This document shows positions 47,577 to 57,115 of a DNA stretch of 64,000 nt, in pieces. Location: NCBI GenBank assembly GCA_947085405.1, contig CAMTWO010000014.1:48130-112129 (forward strand), in the 5' to 3' direction. This DNA is from an uncultured Ignavibacteriota bacterium. Lineage in GTDB: Bacteria > Bacteroidota > Ignavibacteria > UBA10030 > BY39. Under the pieces are notes generated by a model. That model was not told where the DNA came from, made no database searches, and saw only the letters and a program-made list of their open reading frames with translations. Each line of letters starts with the position of its first letter. The first letter of the stretch is position 1. Position numbers and translations under genes: made by a program.

Positions 47577-50500
47577 TTAGTTTGAACCCCTTTTTATTAT
47601 TGATTTTACACGGTCTATTTCTTTTTGAGCGCCTGCTTTAAATGTCGCATCAATGCCGGGGCGGTCAATTATTTGCTGATACATTGATAGAGCTTGATCG
47701 TATTTTTCCATCCGCTCGTATGATTGTCCTGCCATATAAAACGACGTAGCAGTCCAATCGACTTTTTTGTTTTGAATAACTAAGTATGGAACTTTTAGAA
47801 ATTCTAAAATTCCTTGTTGATAATCGCCTTTGTAATAATATGTTTCACCGAGGTTGTAACGAATTTCAGCTTCATAATCGCTGCCCGCTTCATCGAGTAA
47901 GTTTTGAAAATGCATCACTGCTTGATCGTAGTATCCGAGGCGCGTATATAAGATGCCAATCTTTATACGCTGTTCGGTAATAGATGCATCCTTCGGATAA
48001 CGCTCAATAAAATTGCGCGCCATTTTCAGAGCAGCATCGTTGAGTTTAGTTGCCTCGTAGGCTTCAATCAGGTTGACCATTGCATATCTCAGAATTTCAC
48101 CCTCTTTGTCGGGATTATCTACAATTTGCTGGTAATATTTTATTGCTTCAGCATATTTCTCACCGTTGAAATTTATATTACCTAAAGCAAGGAATACACG
48201 TGGAATTGCATCGGAGTTCGAGTACTTCTTCAGAACCGATTCATATTTCTTAATTGCCTCTGTATTATTTTTATTTAGTTCCAGAATCCTGCCTAAATAA
48301 TATTCCGACAGCGGCGCATAACGCGTTCCATCGTAATCGTCAGCAATATCTGTAAATATTTTTTTCGCAGCTGTATAATCTTGCTTCCGAAAATAGATCA
48401 ATGCTTTTTCAAATTCCATCTCTGCTAAATTCTCAACACTCTTCTTATAATTTTTTGAAAATTCTAATATCAGTGGTTGTGCACTTTTTAAATCGTCAAT
48501 GCGTAATTTAGATACTATCATTTTAGATAGATAATATTTTTTATCATCCTCGTTTATAGCTGAAACAAGCAGAGCGCTATATTGTTGTGAAGCTTCTAAA
48601 TAACGTTCAGTTTGAAAAAGCAGATCGGCAATTTCGCGATTAGCCAGAACCGAACCTAACTTACCCGCAAGTTTATAGTAAGCTGCGGCAGCATCGGTAA
48701 CTCCTTGATTTTTCATTATGTTACCGAGAGCTATATAAACTTCAACATTTGTTTCAGCGTTTGGTTCTGATAACAAGTACTCCCGATATAAAGAAATTGC
48801 TTTTTGCGGCTCACCCTTAAGGTCGTATGCCTTGGCTAAAAATAATTTGTAATTTATTTGTTCGGCAAACGGATTTTTCGCGTCTGATTCAATCCGGTTT
48901 TTTATAAAATAAATTGCTTCATCATACTTAATAGATTCAATCAGTGATTTTACATATTGTTCAATTGTTTCTTGGGCAATCTCTGTGTAGTAATATTCTT
49001 CTTCTATTTTTTTAAAAACTTTTACGGCTTCTTCAGGTTTGCCATTCTTCAGCAAGATGTCGCCAAGAAGTTTCAAACCGCTCACGGTGTAAGTTCCGTT
49101 TGGATATTCTTCAGTTTGATTTTTTAGAAATGCTATCGCCGAATCCATTTTGCCAGATTGAAAATAAATTTTAGCGGCTTGCATCATAGCATATTCTTCG
49201 GATTCAGATGTTGAACGATTCTTAATAATCAGATTAGTAACTGTCAAGGCATCGGAAAGTTTATTCGTCTGAAGATATTGTTCGATTAGAAGTTTATAAA
49301 CTTCGGTTATAAAAATTGACTTTGAAGAAGTTGAAATAAATTCGTTCAACAATTTTTCGGCTTCTTCAGGTTTAGCCGATCTCAATTTAAAACTCAAAAG
49401 ATTGAAAGCTGCTTCCTGTGAGTTTTTATCGTTGGGAAAAAGTTTTATAAATTCAGAATAATAATTTTGTGCTAAATCCGATTTAGTTGTGGAATTTACC
49501 GTTGCACGCTCGGCAGCAGTCGCACGATTATAGTATGCGATTGGTAAGTTCGTTCCTGTAATTTTCGCTTCAATTGCGGATGAATATTGTTCTACCGCCG
49601 ATTGATAATCTTTTAGATCATCGAAGTAAACCTGAGCTAAATTAAAAGCAAGTTCAGCACGATTCTTCCCAATTAAAAAATCGCCGAGTAGTTTAGCAAT
49701 TTTATCGAGTCCGCTTTTGTAATTCTTATTTTCATAAATCAAAATTCTATCTAAGTTTTCTTTTGCTGCTAATGCTTCACGATCCGACGGGTAATTTTTT
49801 AAAATTTCTTCAAAAGTTCTCGATGCGGCAGCATAATTCCCGGCTTGCGAATAACTCTCACCTATTTTTAATTTAATCGAACTCAATTTATAACTATGCG
49901 GTTTTGCCTGCAGCGCCTCTTCATAATAAATTATTGCCCGATCATAATCGTTGAGACGATCTTTAACTAAATCGCCAATTCGGATCAGTGCATCTTGTGT
50001 CCCTTCACCATCAGGATATTTTTCCAAATATCTTTTGCAATATTCCACCGAAAGAGTAACATTACCTAACATTTCAGCAGCTATAGATGCACGAGCATAA
50101 GCTTGTGGTTTATACTCATCAGAAGTAGAATTTATAACTTGATTAAAAGAGTTTATTGCAGCTTTGTGGTTTTTTAATCCCTCAAAAGATGTGCCGCTTA
50201 AAAATAACGCTTGATTTATTTTTTCGCTCTTGGGAAAAATTTTAATAAATTTTTCAAACTGTTCCGATGAATTTTTAAAGTCGTTTGATTTGTAATAAGC
50301 AATACCAATTTCCAAAGAAGCTTTTTCTTTTACAGTACTATCTATATTTTTTTCAGCCACCGTTTTTTTATAATACTCCACTGCTTTATTATAATCGCCG
50401 GCGTTAGAGGATGACAAACCAAGTTCTAAATTTGCTAAACCAGCGGCAGGAGTTCCTTTGTAATCCACCGATATTTTGCTAAAAAGTTTATCAGCTTCTT

Positions 50501-51188
50501 CATACTGTCCCGTCAAATGGTATATTCTACCTAATAGCAGCATTCCATCAGTCCGATATTTCGAAGTTCCATCTGCAACAGTTTTAACTTCACGCTTTGC
50601 TAAATCGATATTTCCTTCATCGAAGAACAACTCAGCGAGCGATAAACGTGCAGCCGGTACAAAATCGGAGGAACCGTAATCTTGCAAAATTACGCGTAAA
50701 TTCTTTCGCGCATTTACAACATCGGAAACAGTGCGAAAATATTTTGCCGACAATAACAATGCTTCAGGGGCAAGTGGACTTCGTGGATGGAACACGCGAA
50801 CTCGCTCGAATGCCAAAGCTGCTTCGCGATAATTTTCTAAAGCGACGTATGATTCGCCCACTTTAAACCAAGCTTCAGCCGCTTTGTTATGATCGGTATA
50901 TGTGAGTGCAAAATTTTGAAAAGCCACACGGGCATCCTCATAACGTTTTAGTTTGGATAGCGCCATGCCAATGTAAAATCGTGCCTCAATACTTTGATTA
51001 CTTGCGGGATACGAGTTAACAAAATTTTTAAACTGGTCGAGCGCCAAATCTGTTAATCCGTCTTTATATAAATTTACAGCAAGTTTGAACTCAGCACTTT
51101 CTTTCGTCTCTTGCGACACAGAACCGGCAATCAGAATCAAATTCAAAATTATCGGCACTATAATATATTTTATTATTCTCAATATCAT
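47577..51188 (-). CDS. Exported tetratricopeptide-repeat protein
   Basis: Signal peptide and many TPR units of the A...F......YP.S type. Confidence 0.88.
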   Translation of the reverse strand: MILRIIKYIIVPIILNLILIAGSVSQETKESAEFKLAVNLYKDGLTDLALDQFKNFVNSYPASNQSIEARFYIGMALSKLKRYEDARVAFQNFALTYTDHNKAAEAWFKVGESYVALENYREAALAFERVRVFHPRSPLAPEALLLSAKYFRTVSDVVNARKNLRVILQDYGSSDFVPAARLSLAELFFDEGNIDLAKREVKTVADGTSKYRTDGMLLLGRIYHLTGQYEEADKLFSKISVDYKGTPAAGLANLELGLSSSNAGDYNKAVEYYKKTVAEKNIDSTVKEKASLEIGIAYYKSNDFKNSSEQFEKFIKIFPKSEKINQALFLSGTSFEGLKNHKAAINSFNQVINSTSDEYKPQAYARASIAAEMLGNVTLSVEYCKRYLEKYPDGEGTQDALIRIGDLVKDRLNDYDRAIIYYEEALQAKPHSYKLSSIKLKIGESYSQAGNYAAASRTFEEILKNYPSDREALAAKENLDRILIYENKNYKSGLDKIAKLLGDFLIGKNRAELAFNLAQVYFDDLKDYQSAVEQYSSAIEAKITGTNLPIAYYNRATAAERATVNSTTKSDLAQNYYSEFIKLFPNDKNSQEAAFNLLSFKLRSAKPEEAEKLLNEFISTSSKSIFITEVYKLLIEQYLQTNKLSDALTVTNLIIKNRSTSESEEYAMMQAAKIYFQSGKMDSAIAFLKNQTEEYPNGTYTVSGLKLLGDILLKNGKPEEAVKVFKKIEEEYYYTEIAQETIEQYVKSLIESIKYDEAIYFIKNRIESDAKNPFAEQINYKLFLAKAYDLKGEPQKAISLYREYLLSEPNAETNVEVYIALGNIMKNQGVTDAAAAYYKLAGKLGSVLANREIADLLFQTERYLEASQQYSALLVSAINEDDKKYYLSKMIVSKLRIDDLKSAQPLILEFSKNYKKSVENLAEMEFEKALIYFRKQDYTAAKKIFTDIADDYDGTRYAPLSEYYLGRILELNKNNTEAIKKYESVLKKYSNSDAIPRVFLALGNINFNGEKYAEAIKYYQQIVDNPDKEGEILRYAMVNLIEAYEATKLNDAALKMARNFIERYPKDASITEQRIKIGILYTRLGYYDQAVMHFQNLLDEAGSDYEAEIRYNLGETYYYKGDYQQGILEFLKVPYLVIQNKKVDWTATSFYMAGQSYERMEKYDQALSMYQQIIDRPGIDATFKAGAQKEIDRVKSIIKRGSN

Positions 51189-51199
51189 ACAACAAATGC

Positions 51200-51670
51200 T
51201 TAACTCTGCTTTAACAAATTTCCTATTTTTGTATTATTATCAATCTCGTAATTTTTGACCCAACTTAAATCTTCAATAAATTTGTGCAAATTTGCAAAAC
51301 TATCTTGACTGTTTTGTAAGAAAGTTGTTCTAAAAAATATTCTCTTCTCTTCGGATAAACGACCGCAAATAAATTCCAAATCTTGTTTCATCTTTTCAAT
51401 CTTGGCTTGATATTCTAACAGCAATTTATCTCTATTTTCCGGTTGATCAGTCCGTTTGATTGATTTCAGAGCATTATGTAAAAATTTCGCCGTAAAAATA
51501 ATATTACTTAGTTCCCACTGCAAACCATACTCGACGGAACAATCGAAAATATCAAGAATAACATCCGGATAATTAAATTTCCTATTCGAATAGGATTCTA
51601 TATCAAATATTAGTTTTTGATTTGAAGCATTCACACTATCTATTTTTTTCTTCTTAATATAATCCAACAT
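51200..51670 (-). CDS. Hypothetical protein
   Basis: 156-aa helical ORF in the operon between uvrC and the TPR gene. Confidence 0.65.
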   Translation of the reverse strand: MLDYIKKKKIDSVNASNQKLIFDIESYSNRKFNYPDVILDIFDCSVEYGLQWELSNIIFTAKFLHNALKSIKRTDQPENRDKLLLEYQAKIEKMKQDLEFICGRLSEEKRIFFRTTFLQNSQDSFANLHKFIEDLSWVKNYEIDNNTKIGNLLKQS

Positions 51671-51700
51671 TTGCCAATTTGCAAAATTTGGGGGTTTCCC

Positions 51701-53611
51701 CTATTCGGCATATTCCTGATTTTTTAAGTCTTCACCCTCGTTTATGAAATATTCCTTTATTTTCTCTGCAACCTTCTCACCCACGATTTCGGATAACTGT
51801 TCTCGTGAAGCAAATTTTACACCTTGTACCGAACCAAACGTCTCAAGTAATTCTTTAGCTTTCTTTTTACCGACACCTTTTATCAAATCCAATTCGGTCT
51901 GTAATGTTCTTTTCGTTCTTAATTTTCTGTGATACGCTACGGCAAACCGGTGCGCCTCATCCCGGATTCGCTGAAGGAGTTTCAAGCTCACTGAGGTTTT
52001 GAGTATCGATTGCGGTTCAGATAAATTCGGAAAATATATCTCCTCTAATTTCTTCGCCAAACCTATAACAGGAATATTTTCGAATTTCGAATTTCTTATT
52101 TCGAATTTCTTAATAACCTCTACTGCGCTCGATAGCTGCCCTTTGCCACCATCTACCATAATTAAATCGGGAAGTTTTTCTCCCTCCTCGATCAATCGGG
52201 AATACCGCCGTTGCACAACTTCGCGCATACTTGCAAAATCGTCAGGACCTGTAACTGTCTTAATTTTAAATCGTTTATACTCGCTCTTTTTCGGTTTTCC
52301 GTTTTCAAATACCACAAGCGATGCTGCTGAATCTGCTCCTTGAATATTCGAAATATCGAAACATTCGATCCTGTGGGGTAATTTTGGCAAGCGTAAATCT
52401 TTTTGAAGGAGTTCTAATATTTTCGGAATTTTCTCTCCTCGTTTCAACTTTTGAATTTTTAAATCATCGAGAAGATATTTGGCATTCGCCTGACACATTG
52501 TAACAAGTTTGGCTTTGTCGCCAATTTTAGGAACGATGATTGAAACTTTTGATTGCCGTTTTTCTGAAAGCCATTGTTCTATTGTTTCTGTTTCTTCAAT
52601 TTTACATGGAAGAAATATTTCTTTTGGATAATAATCTGCTTCCAAATAATAATTTCGTAGGAACTGCGATATTATTTCAGCTTCAGGTTTATCTGCAACA
52701 CCGCTCATGTATAAATGCTGTCTGCCTATTAATTTCCCATCCCTGATTTTAAAAACAACTCCGCAAGCGTCATCCTCTTCAACAGCCACCGATAAAATAT
52801 CCCTGTCGAGTAAGTCGGTATCAATAATTTTTTGGCGATCACTGTAATTTCTCAAACCACGAATTTTATCCCGAACTGCAGCAGCGCCTTCAAAATTCAT
52901 AGCTTCAGCTTCGGCAAGCATTTGTTTTTCAAGATTGGATATTAAGCCGGATGTTTTTCCGCGTAATACCTGTGCTACTTCGTCAATCATTGCAGTGTAT
53001 TGCTGCCGAGTTACAAGTCCTTCGCAGGGTCCCTCGCATTTTTTTATGTGATAATCGAGGCATACACGTATTTTCTTTTTGCGGATAGTATCGTCATTGA
53101 TATGATAATTGCAGGAACGAACTTTGAACACATCGCGTATCATTTTTAAAGATGCGCGCATATTTTTCGCATCGGTAAACGGTCCGAAATATTTAGAACC
53201 ATCGTGAATAATTCGGCGGGTAACAAAAACACGAGGGAATGGCTCGTTCGTTATAACAACGTATGGAAAACTTTTATCGTCCTTCAAAAAAATATTATAA
53301 CGGGGTTTGAATTTTTTTATGAGAGTAGCTTCGAGAATTAATGCCTCGACTTCAGAATCAGTTACAATAATTTCTACATCGGCGGCTTTCGATATCATCG
53401 ATTCGGTTTTGATATCTAAACTTCGCGATTTGTGAAAATACTGCCTTACCCTGCTGCGTAAGTTTTTAGCTTTACCCACATATAATATTTTGCCTTCATC
53501 GTTTTTAAACTGATATATCCCCGGTTTATCAGGCAGGTTGGAAAGTTTTTCTGGGAGGGAGATGAACTGTGGGGCGATTTTAAAAATTAACTTGGGTTCT
53601 TCATCCATCAT
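51701..53611 (-). CDS. uvrC: Excinuclease ABC subunit C
   Basis: GIY-YIG domain (PGIY...YVGKAKNLR), IECFDISN, DDFASM, DGGKGQL, RDEAHRFA, C-terminal HhH. Confidence 0.97.
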   Translation of the reverse strand: MMDEEPKLIFKIAPQFISLPEKLSNLPDKPGIYQFKNDEGKILYVGKAKNLRSRVRQYFHKSRSLDIKTESMISKAADVEIIVTDSEVEALILEATLIKKFKPRYNIFLKDDKSFPYVVITNEPFPRVFVTRRIIHDGSKYFGPFTDAKNMRASLKMIRDVFKVRSCNYHINDDTIRKKKIRVCLDYHIKKCEGPCEGLVTRQQYTAMIDEVAQVLRGKTSGLISNLEKQMLAEAEAMNFEGAAAVRDKIRGLRNYSDRQKIIDTDLLDRDILSVAVEEDDACGVVFKIRDGKLIGRQHLYMSGVADKPEAEIISQFLRNYYLEADYYPKEIFLPCKIEETETIEQWLSEKRQSKVSIIVPKIGDKAKLVTMCQANAKYLLDDLKIQKLKRGEKIPKILELLQKDLRLPKLPHRIECFDISNIQGADSAASLVVFENGKPKKSEYKRFKIKTVTGPDDFASMREVVQRRYSRLIEEGEKLPDLIMVDGGKGQLSSAVEVIKKFEIRNSKFENIPVIGLAKKLEEIYFPNLSEPQSILKTSVSLKLLQRIRDEAHRFAVAYHRKLRTKRTLQTELDLIKGVGKKKAKELLETFGSVQGVKFASREQLSEIVGEKVAEKIKEYFINEGEDLKNQEYAE

Positions 53612-53621
53612 AAATATTGCT

Positions 53622-53790
53622 TCACCAAATTCTTTTTACTCTATAAAGGTCAAAGGCAGAATCGTGGCTGACAATTGTCATCTTTTCTGACATTAGCCGA
53701 ACTTTCTATCAGATGTTTAGAATTTGAACCTAATGTTTTATCTCCATTTACAAACCAAATAAAACAGTGAGTATCTAATAAAATATTCAT
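53622..53790 (-). pseudogene. VapC/PIN toxin pseudogene (internal deletion and frameshift)
   Basis: One frame gives MNILLDTHCFIWFVNGDKTLGSNSKHLIES (PIN N-terminus); the shifted frame gives EKMTIVSHDSAFDLYRVKRIW* (PIN C-terminus). ATGA overlap with the upstream antitoxin. Confidence 0.8.
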
Positions 53791-53954
53791 TTCATGTATT
53801 CCTCAAAATCTTTTAATGGTTCATCAAAGTCAGATGAAGTAATAAAATATTTTTTGTGACTACCGAATTTGGGCGTCTTTTTCTTTTTAGATTTTTTATT
53901 TTTATCTATTATAAAATCGATAAAATTAATGTAAAATAAAGGCATATTATTCAT
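53787..53954 (-). pseudogene. DUF2281-like antitoxin, probably internally shortened
   Basis: MNNMPLFYINFIDFIIDK...PKFGS....DFDEPLKDFEEYMK; lacks the usual N-terminal LP..L..EV segment. Confidence 0.6.
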
Positions 53955-54016
53955 TATTTTTTTCCTTTTCAAATATACAGACAAATTATAAAGAATATTT
54001 TTAACATTCTCAAATA

Positions 54017-54430
54017 TTATTTTTTTTGGCTCAATTCAATTAAAACTCCGTTTGCAGATTTGGGATGGATAAAGGCAATTAACTTTCCACCGGCGCCGAC
54101 TTTCGGTTTTTCATCTATCAACCGGACTCCCTCTTGCTTCAGACGTGAAAGCTCTTTCTCAATATCATCAACTTCAAAAGAGAGATGGTGAATACCTTCT
54201 CCGCGTTTCTCAAGAAATTTTGAGATTGGAGAATCAGCTGATGTCGGCTCTAATAATTCGATGTGAACTCCCGATACATCTAAAAAAGCAAGATTTACTT
54301 TTTGCTCTTCGACAGTTTCGAAGTGAACTTCTTCCTGATTAAAAAATTTTTTAAAATTATCAACCGATTCTTTTAAATTATTTACAGCAATGCCGATATG
54401 CGAAATATTTGTGAACATTGATTTATCCAT
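54017..54430 (-). CDS. mce: Methylmalonyl-CoA epimerase
   Basis: HIGIAV, EEQKV, IELLEP, GEGIHH, FIHPKSANGVLIEL. Confidence 0.92.
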   Translation of the reverse strand: MDKSMFTNISHIGIAVNNLKESVDNFKKFFNQEEVHFETVEEQKVNLAFLDVSGVHIELLEPTSADSPISKFLEKRGEGIHHLSFEVDDIEKELSRLKQEGVRLIDEKPKVGAGGKLIAFIHPKSANGVLIELSQKK

Positions 54431-54444
54431 TGTTATTCTTTTTA

Positions 54445-54473
54445 AATATATAAAAAGGGATTGAGAGGAGCAA
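54445..54473 (-). promoter_or_regulatory. Putative mce promoter
   Basis: Minus strand reads TTGCTC-17 bp-TATATT. Confidence 0.5.
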
Positions 54474-54560
54474 GAGAGAGTTGGTATTTTAGATTTTTGA
54501 GTTTAGATTTTTGATTTATAGTTTAGATTGGTAATTGGGGCTTGTGGAATACAGGAATAA

Positions 54561-54656
54561 AATAATAGAACACGGAAATACGCGGATTCAACGGATATAC
54601 ACGGATTGTTATCTGTGATAATCCGTTTCATCAGCGTTCATCTGTGTTCTATTGTT
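54561..54656. repeat. Inverted element built from 9-10 bp periodic ACGGAT/ATCCGT units
   Basis: aataatagaacacggaaatacgcggattcaacggatatacacggat ... atctgtgataatccgtttcatcagcgttcatctgtgttctattgtt. Confidence 0.7.
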
Positions 54657-54679
54657 ACTTCCACTATTCCACTATTATT

Positions 54680-56218
54680 TCACATCCACAAATTCCTATC
54701 GAGTGTTCGGTATTGAATTGCCTCGCTAATGTGTTCCGGTCTAATGTTTTCTGAACCTGCAAGGTCGGCAATTGTGCGGGAAACTTTTAATATTCTATCA
54801 TAAGCACGCGCGGATAACCCTAACTTTGTAATCGCCATTTTTAAAAGCTCTTCACCATCCGAATTGATTTGGCAAAACTCTTTTATATCTTTCGACTGCA
54901 TATCGGAATTTGCATACATACCTTTGCGTCCCGCAAAACGTTTCATCTGAATTTTACGTGCCTCAATAACCCGATCCCGGACTTTCGCGGATGACTCGCC
55001 CGAAGTTTTGCTGGACAAGTCCTTATACTTAACTGCAGGCACTTCGATATGTAAATCAATTCTATCGAGCAGCGGACCGGATATTTTTGCCATATACTTT
55101 TGAATCTGCATTTGCGAGCAAGTGCATTCTTTCGCCGGGTCGGTGTAATAGCCGCACGGACATGGATTCATAGAACAAACGAGCATAAAATTAGCGGGAA
55201 ACTCAAGCGTCATCTTTGAGCGACTAACAGTTATCCTTCCATCTTCCAATGGCTGCCGTAGGACTTCCAATACATTACGCGCAAATTCAGGCAGTTCATC
55301 GAGGAACAGCACGCCGTGATGAGCAAGCGATATTTCGCCCGGACGCGGAATTGTTCCACCACCAACGAGCGCACTATCGGATATTGTATGATGCGGCGAA
55401 CGATAAGGGCGCGTTGCAACGAGCGCCGAGTTCGGCGGCAACACTCCTGCTACGGAATGTATCTTCGTTGTCTCGATTGCTTCCTCAAATGTCATAGGTG
55501 GTAAAATTGTCGGAAGTCGTTTTGCCAACATTGTTTTTCCTGAACCGGGGGGACCAATCATAATTATATTGTGAGCACCCGCAGCAGCAACTTCCAAAGC
55601 TCGCTTTACATTTTCCTGACCTTTTACATCGGCAAAATCAATCGTGTATTGCTTCTCCTGAGCAAACACTTCATCCATATCAATCTTGAATGGTTTTAAC
55701 AACTCGTATTCTCCATTCAAAAAATCTACAGTTTCACTCAAACTCGTCATAGGATAGACTTCGATACCTTCGACCATTGCCGCTTCTTTGGCGTTTTCTT
55801 TTGGAAGTATCATCCCTCTCAAATTATTTTTTTTAGCTTCTACGGCAATTGGCAAAATGCCATGAACCGGTCGCAGTGTTCCATCGAGGGCAAGTTCACC
55901 TAAAATTATAAAATCTTTTAAGAGTTCCGATTTGATATTCTCGGTTGCAGTTAGTATTCCAATTGCTATGGGTAAGTCGTAGGACGATCCTTCCTTCTTA
56001 ATATCGGCGGGAGCTAAATTAACGGTGATGCGTAAATGAGGAAGTTGGATGTTTGAATTTTTAATTGCTGCTATTACTCGTTCTCGACTCTCTTTAACCG
56101 CATTGTCGGGTAAACCAACAACGACGAAACTTTGTAACCCTTTTTCGAGATTAGTTTCGACCTGCACTATGTGTGCATTAATCCCATAGGTTGCACTGCT
56201 GAGAACTTGCGAAAGCAT
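54680..56218 (-). CDS. comM: YifB/ComM Mg-chelatase-like AAA+ ATPase
   Basis: VGLPDNAVKESRERV, NLAPAD..KEG, GPPGSGKTMLA, PHHT, LFLDELPEF, NPCPCG, SGPLLDRID. Start MLSQV at 56218. Confidence 0.93.
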   Translation of the reverse strand: MLSQVLSSATYGINAHIVQVETNLEKGLQSFVVVGLPDNAVKESRERVIAAIKNSNIQLPHLRITVNLAPADIKKEGSSYDLPIAIGILTATENIKSELLKDFIILGELALDGTLRPVHGILPIAVEAKKNNLRGMILPKENAKEAAMVEGIEVYPMTSLSETVDFLNGEYELLKPFKIDMDEVFAQEKQYTIDFADVKGQENVKRALEVAAAGAHNIIMIGPPGSGKTMLAKRLPTILPPMTFEEAIETTKIHSVAGVLPPNSALVATRPYRSPHHTISDSALVGGGTIPRPGEISLAHHGVLFLDELPEFARNVLEVLRQPLEDGRITVSRSKMTLEFPANFMLVCSMNPCPCGYYTDPAKECTCSQMQIQKYMAKISGPLLDRIDLHIEVPAVKYKDLSSKTSGESSAKVRDRVIEARKIQMKRFAGRKGMYANSDMQSKDIKEFCQINSDGEELLKMAITKLGLSARAYDRILKVSRTIADLAGSENIRPEHISEAIQYRTLDRNLWM

Positions 56219-56280
56219 ATTTTCCCTCGATTTTAATTTGATAGAATATAAGGAAGGATTTGTAAAAAACAAAAAACTGA

Positions 56281-56532
56281 CTTGGTAAGTAAGTCGGAGT
56301 TGAAATCTCTACGAGTCTTCTCTACGAGACCGTAGGTCGACTCGATAGAGTCGTAGACCGACCTAACATCAAGTTATAAACAAATATGCTTGAGATGAAT
56401 AAGGGCAGGCATCGAATTAAAATATTACTGCGGGCTTTGCGTTCGTAGTTTATCCCGCCGACACCTGTCCGCTCGACGATTCGCCTTCGGCGAAGAGTCT
56501 TCGACCATCTTTCTGGCGGAATGGCGGGATTA
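56281..56532. repeat. Two nested palindromic elements
   Basis: tctacgagtc...gactcgatagagtcgtaga; atcccgcc...tccgc...ttcgccttcggcgaa...ggcgga...ggcgggat. Confidence 0.55.
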
Positions 56533-56548
56533 ACAGAAGTTGTGTTTA

Positions 56549-56881
56549 TTATCTTCTAATAATCTCAATTACTTTTTCAATAATCAAATTCAATTTATTC
56601 ACATTGAGCTGACCAACTTTATATAACACAATCTCACTGTCTGCTGTAAAAATACGATTAGGTCTGACATTACTTACTTGTTTAAGCCCTCCTATTTCAA
56701 AGTCATCATCTTCAAGCAAAATTGCATAGTTGTCTCTGATAGTTTGGCTGGTTATCTGACAAAGGATCAAGTCATCACCTTCCAAAACCGACAGAACCAA
56801 GGCAGGGCGTCTTTTGGCTTGAGTTAAATCAGAAAAAGGAAAAGGAACAACAACGACGTCGCCTTTTACAAATCTTTCCAA
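56549..56881 (-). CDS. PemK/MazF-family type II toxin
   Basis: GDVVVVPFPFSD...KRRPALV...ITS. Confidence 0.92.
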   Translation of the reverse strand: MERFVKGDVVVVPFPFSDLTQAKRRPALVLSVLEGDDLILCQITSQTIRDNYAILLEDDDFEIGGLKQVSNVRPNRIFTADSEIVLYKVGQLNVNKLNLIIEKVIEIIRR

Positions 56882-57060
56882 GCTTCATCCTCTTTAGGTT
56901 GCAACCAATCTTTTTTGAGTGAGGTCTCACTCGCGATTGCAGTTTCTATACGTTCTTTGATTATCTTTGTCTTTAGAAATTGAATAAAATCTATCACCTC
57001 GTCAAGAAACTGCTCAGGAATATGTTCAATCTCATAGATTAATATTTCCTTTTTAATCAT
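56866..57060 (-). CDS. DUF2281-family antitoxin
   Basis: IPEQFLDEVIDFIQFLK...ASETSLKKDW...EDEAWKDL; overlaps the toxin start. Confidence 0.85.
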   Translation of the reverse strand: MIKKEILIYEIEHIPEQFLDEVIDFIQFLKTKIIKERIETAIASETSLKKDWLQPKEDEAWKDL

Positions 57061-57115
57061 CTTTCACCTCTTTGATATAAATAATAACACTTTCTCGAAT
57101 ATAAATTAAAGCATT

